Below, one piece after another: positions 63,501 through 64,000 of a stretch of DNA of 64,000 bases. The DNA lies in the NCBI GenBank assembly GCA_032718475.1, contig JAUCBJ010001762.1, positions 43,876 to 107,875 on the forward strand, in the 5' to 3' direction. The notes beneath the pieces were generated by a model. That model was not told the origin of the DNA, made no database searches, and saw only the letters and a list, made by a program, of their open reading frames with translations. This DNA comes from Nemertoderma westbladi (lineage: Eukaryota > Animalia > Xenacoelomorpha). Position numbers and translations under genes: made by a program. Positions within the stretch are counted from its first letter, which is position 1; each line of letters starts with the position of its first letter.

Positions 63501-63874
63501 AAAGTAGAATTAATAAAATTTATATCTGGATCAATATTGTTAAAAATACCATCAAGTGACTCCAGTCTACAGTTATCGTCATATGTGTCATTGGATCCAA
63601 AAATATCATTATCATCGGTTTCAATATGAGAGAACGGAAAAATTGTTGAATAACAAAACAAGCACCAATTAGAAGTATTATTTTTTAACAGAGAGTGTTC
63701 TGTTGGTGATAAAAAACTTCCACATTGCAAGTGATATTCTTGACAGCAAAAATTGCATACGAATATTATGTCGTTTAAAACAAATTTAGAAAAACAAAAA
63801 TCGCAGCATTGGGGGGAGATGGGTTGAGATGGGAAAGGTAACATACCACACAGTAATGTAGTATAGTGCAGCAA
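60569..63874 (-). CDS. Intact CR1/L2(Crack)-type LINE ORF2: PHD-like, APE, RT (element extends to ~60010 at its 3' end)
   Basis: 1101 aa uninterrupted; HLNTRS, ISETF, GGTAVY, GDFN, IDH, TDH; DLKKAFD, PQGSILGP, FADD, KYLG; AATAAA and simple tail near 60010-60030. Confidence 0.93.
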   Translation of the reverse strand: MLHYTTLLCGMLPFPSQPISPQCCDFCFSKFVLNDIIFVCNFCCQEYHLQCGSFLSPTEHSLLKNNTSNWCLFCYSTIFPFSHIETDDNDIFGSNDTYDDNCRLESLDGIFNNIDPDINFINSTFSKGYYNEESFDAEFLKGNKDSISIFHLNTRSLISNFSSLTDYLNALECKIDVLCISETFLTKDHPLDKMNINGYQKPICDFRKSGKRSRGGTAVYVRDELDRKVRDDLKIKGTENTWIEITRPKPLKPLIVGCIYRSEKISKEVFIADLDTRLLTLAECNYDVVLTGDFNINTLKKNTQSDSYLNVLQSNGFTQTIKKPTRITKYSETLIDHICTNITSSTCNSGVLLTEIGTTDHLPTFLVLSNYTSYFKPAESQISYDYSKFNPDCFLKELRKENLWTYKCSPLPEQQKFDLFYKNFEDICKEQLPLKTISKKNIPRKPWLTQSLIKSIHIKNKLYAHYISKPTDQNHKTYKQYRNNLTSLLRQSEKKYYTDQFEKNKSNIKKTWKVINTALNKSSTNSIPRALNIKDAQNSNISITKTSEMAEVFNIFFTTVGPKLAANIAHSPRSPTRYISHKKYNSFSLIETSAVEVHYHLLNLNENSSTNDAFPVKLVKLAASIISIHLANLINSSIKSGLFPDSLKKAKVIPAYKGDDPCDTSNYRPISLLLVFSKIFETIIYSQLILYLDKNLILTRNQHGFRKKHTTSEAILQIVEKLRSILDDRDSACVVYIDLKKAFDTLDHSILLKKLDSYGIRGIPHSLFSSYLSNRLQRVSLGGSYSTYKSILCGIPQGSILGPILFLLYINDLPNCSDFVTNLFADDTSLMLHDKDLLQLSNRTNSNLVHISNWLIDNKLSLNIQKTEYTLYTNKQNAPSFPSIIINDQVINRVDRTKYLGILIDRQLNFRSHVQYIYNKISKSGGIFYRLRHVFPLHILHTLFFALIYPYIQYGLIVWGSTYTSITSPIRIKINKIIRVMTFRHYQASSLPIYQRLSILPLEQLYKYQVCKLMFDIHNNAKSSLTHLFRKFSSTHSYNTRSSASGSFILPLVRFNVAHQSLALQGPLIWNNINPSIRKITSKPIFLKKIKYLLLNLHSEL

Positions 63875-64000
63875 CCAGCCAGAAAAGTGGAATGTTAGGC
63901 CTTAAGTGTGTGTATCGGAGGTTAGACATAAAAATAAAAACATAAAAAATCCACAATTTGTGATTATATCTGCCAAAACGTCCATTCAGTAATAATAACA

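Overview
This is eukaryotic (invertebrate-animal-like) genomic DNA, almost entirely nested transposable elements; I found no prokaryotic operon or CRISPR array. The elements are: three RTE-clade LINE copies, several CR1/L2-type LINEs (one with an intact 1101-aa ORF2), a CRE-type LINE with a restriction-like endonuclease, two BEL/Pao LTR-retrotransposon families, a split piggyBac transposase, several MITE/TIR elements and minisatellites. Five phase-1 exons of a + strand host gene are threaded through the repeats (hemopexin-like blade, Ca-binding EGF, then two EGF/ShKT hybrid modules). Most notable: (i) a non-autonomous BEL family in two diverged copies, where RT-RNaseH-integrase is replaced by a basic+transmembrane segment in frame with Gag-protease and rich in synonymous differences; (ii) a repeated EGF-ShKT chimeric cysteine module in the host gene; (iii) a tRNA-like Pol III unit in both LTRs of a BEL element that also carries a dispersed 17-nt motif; (iv) extra zinc-knuckle ORFs after integrase; (v) degenerate HDV-like and hammerhead ribozyme candidates. 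All alignments and translations were done by eye and no database searches were run.
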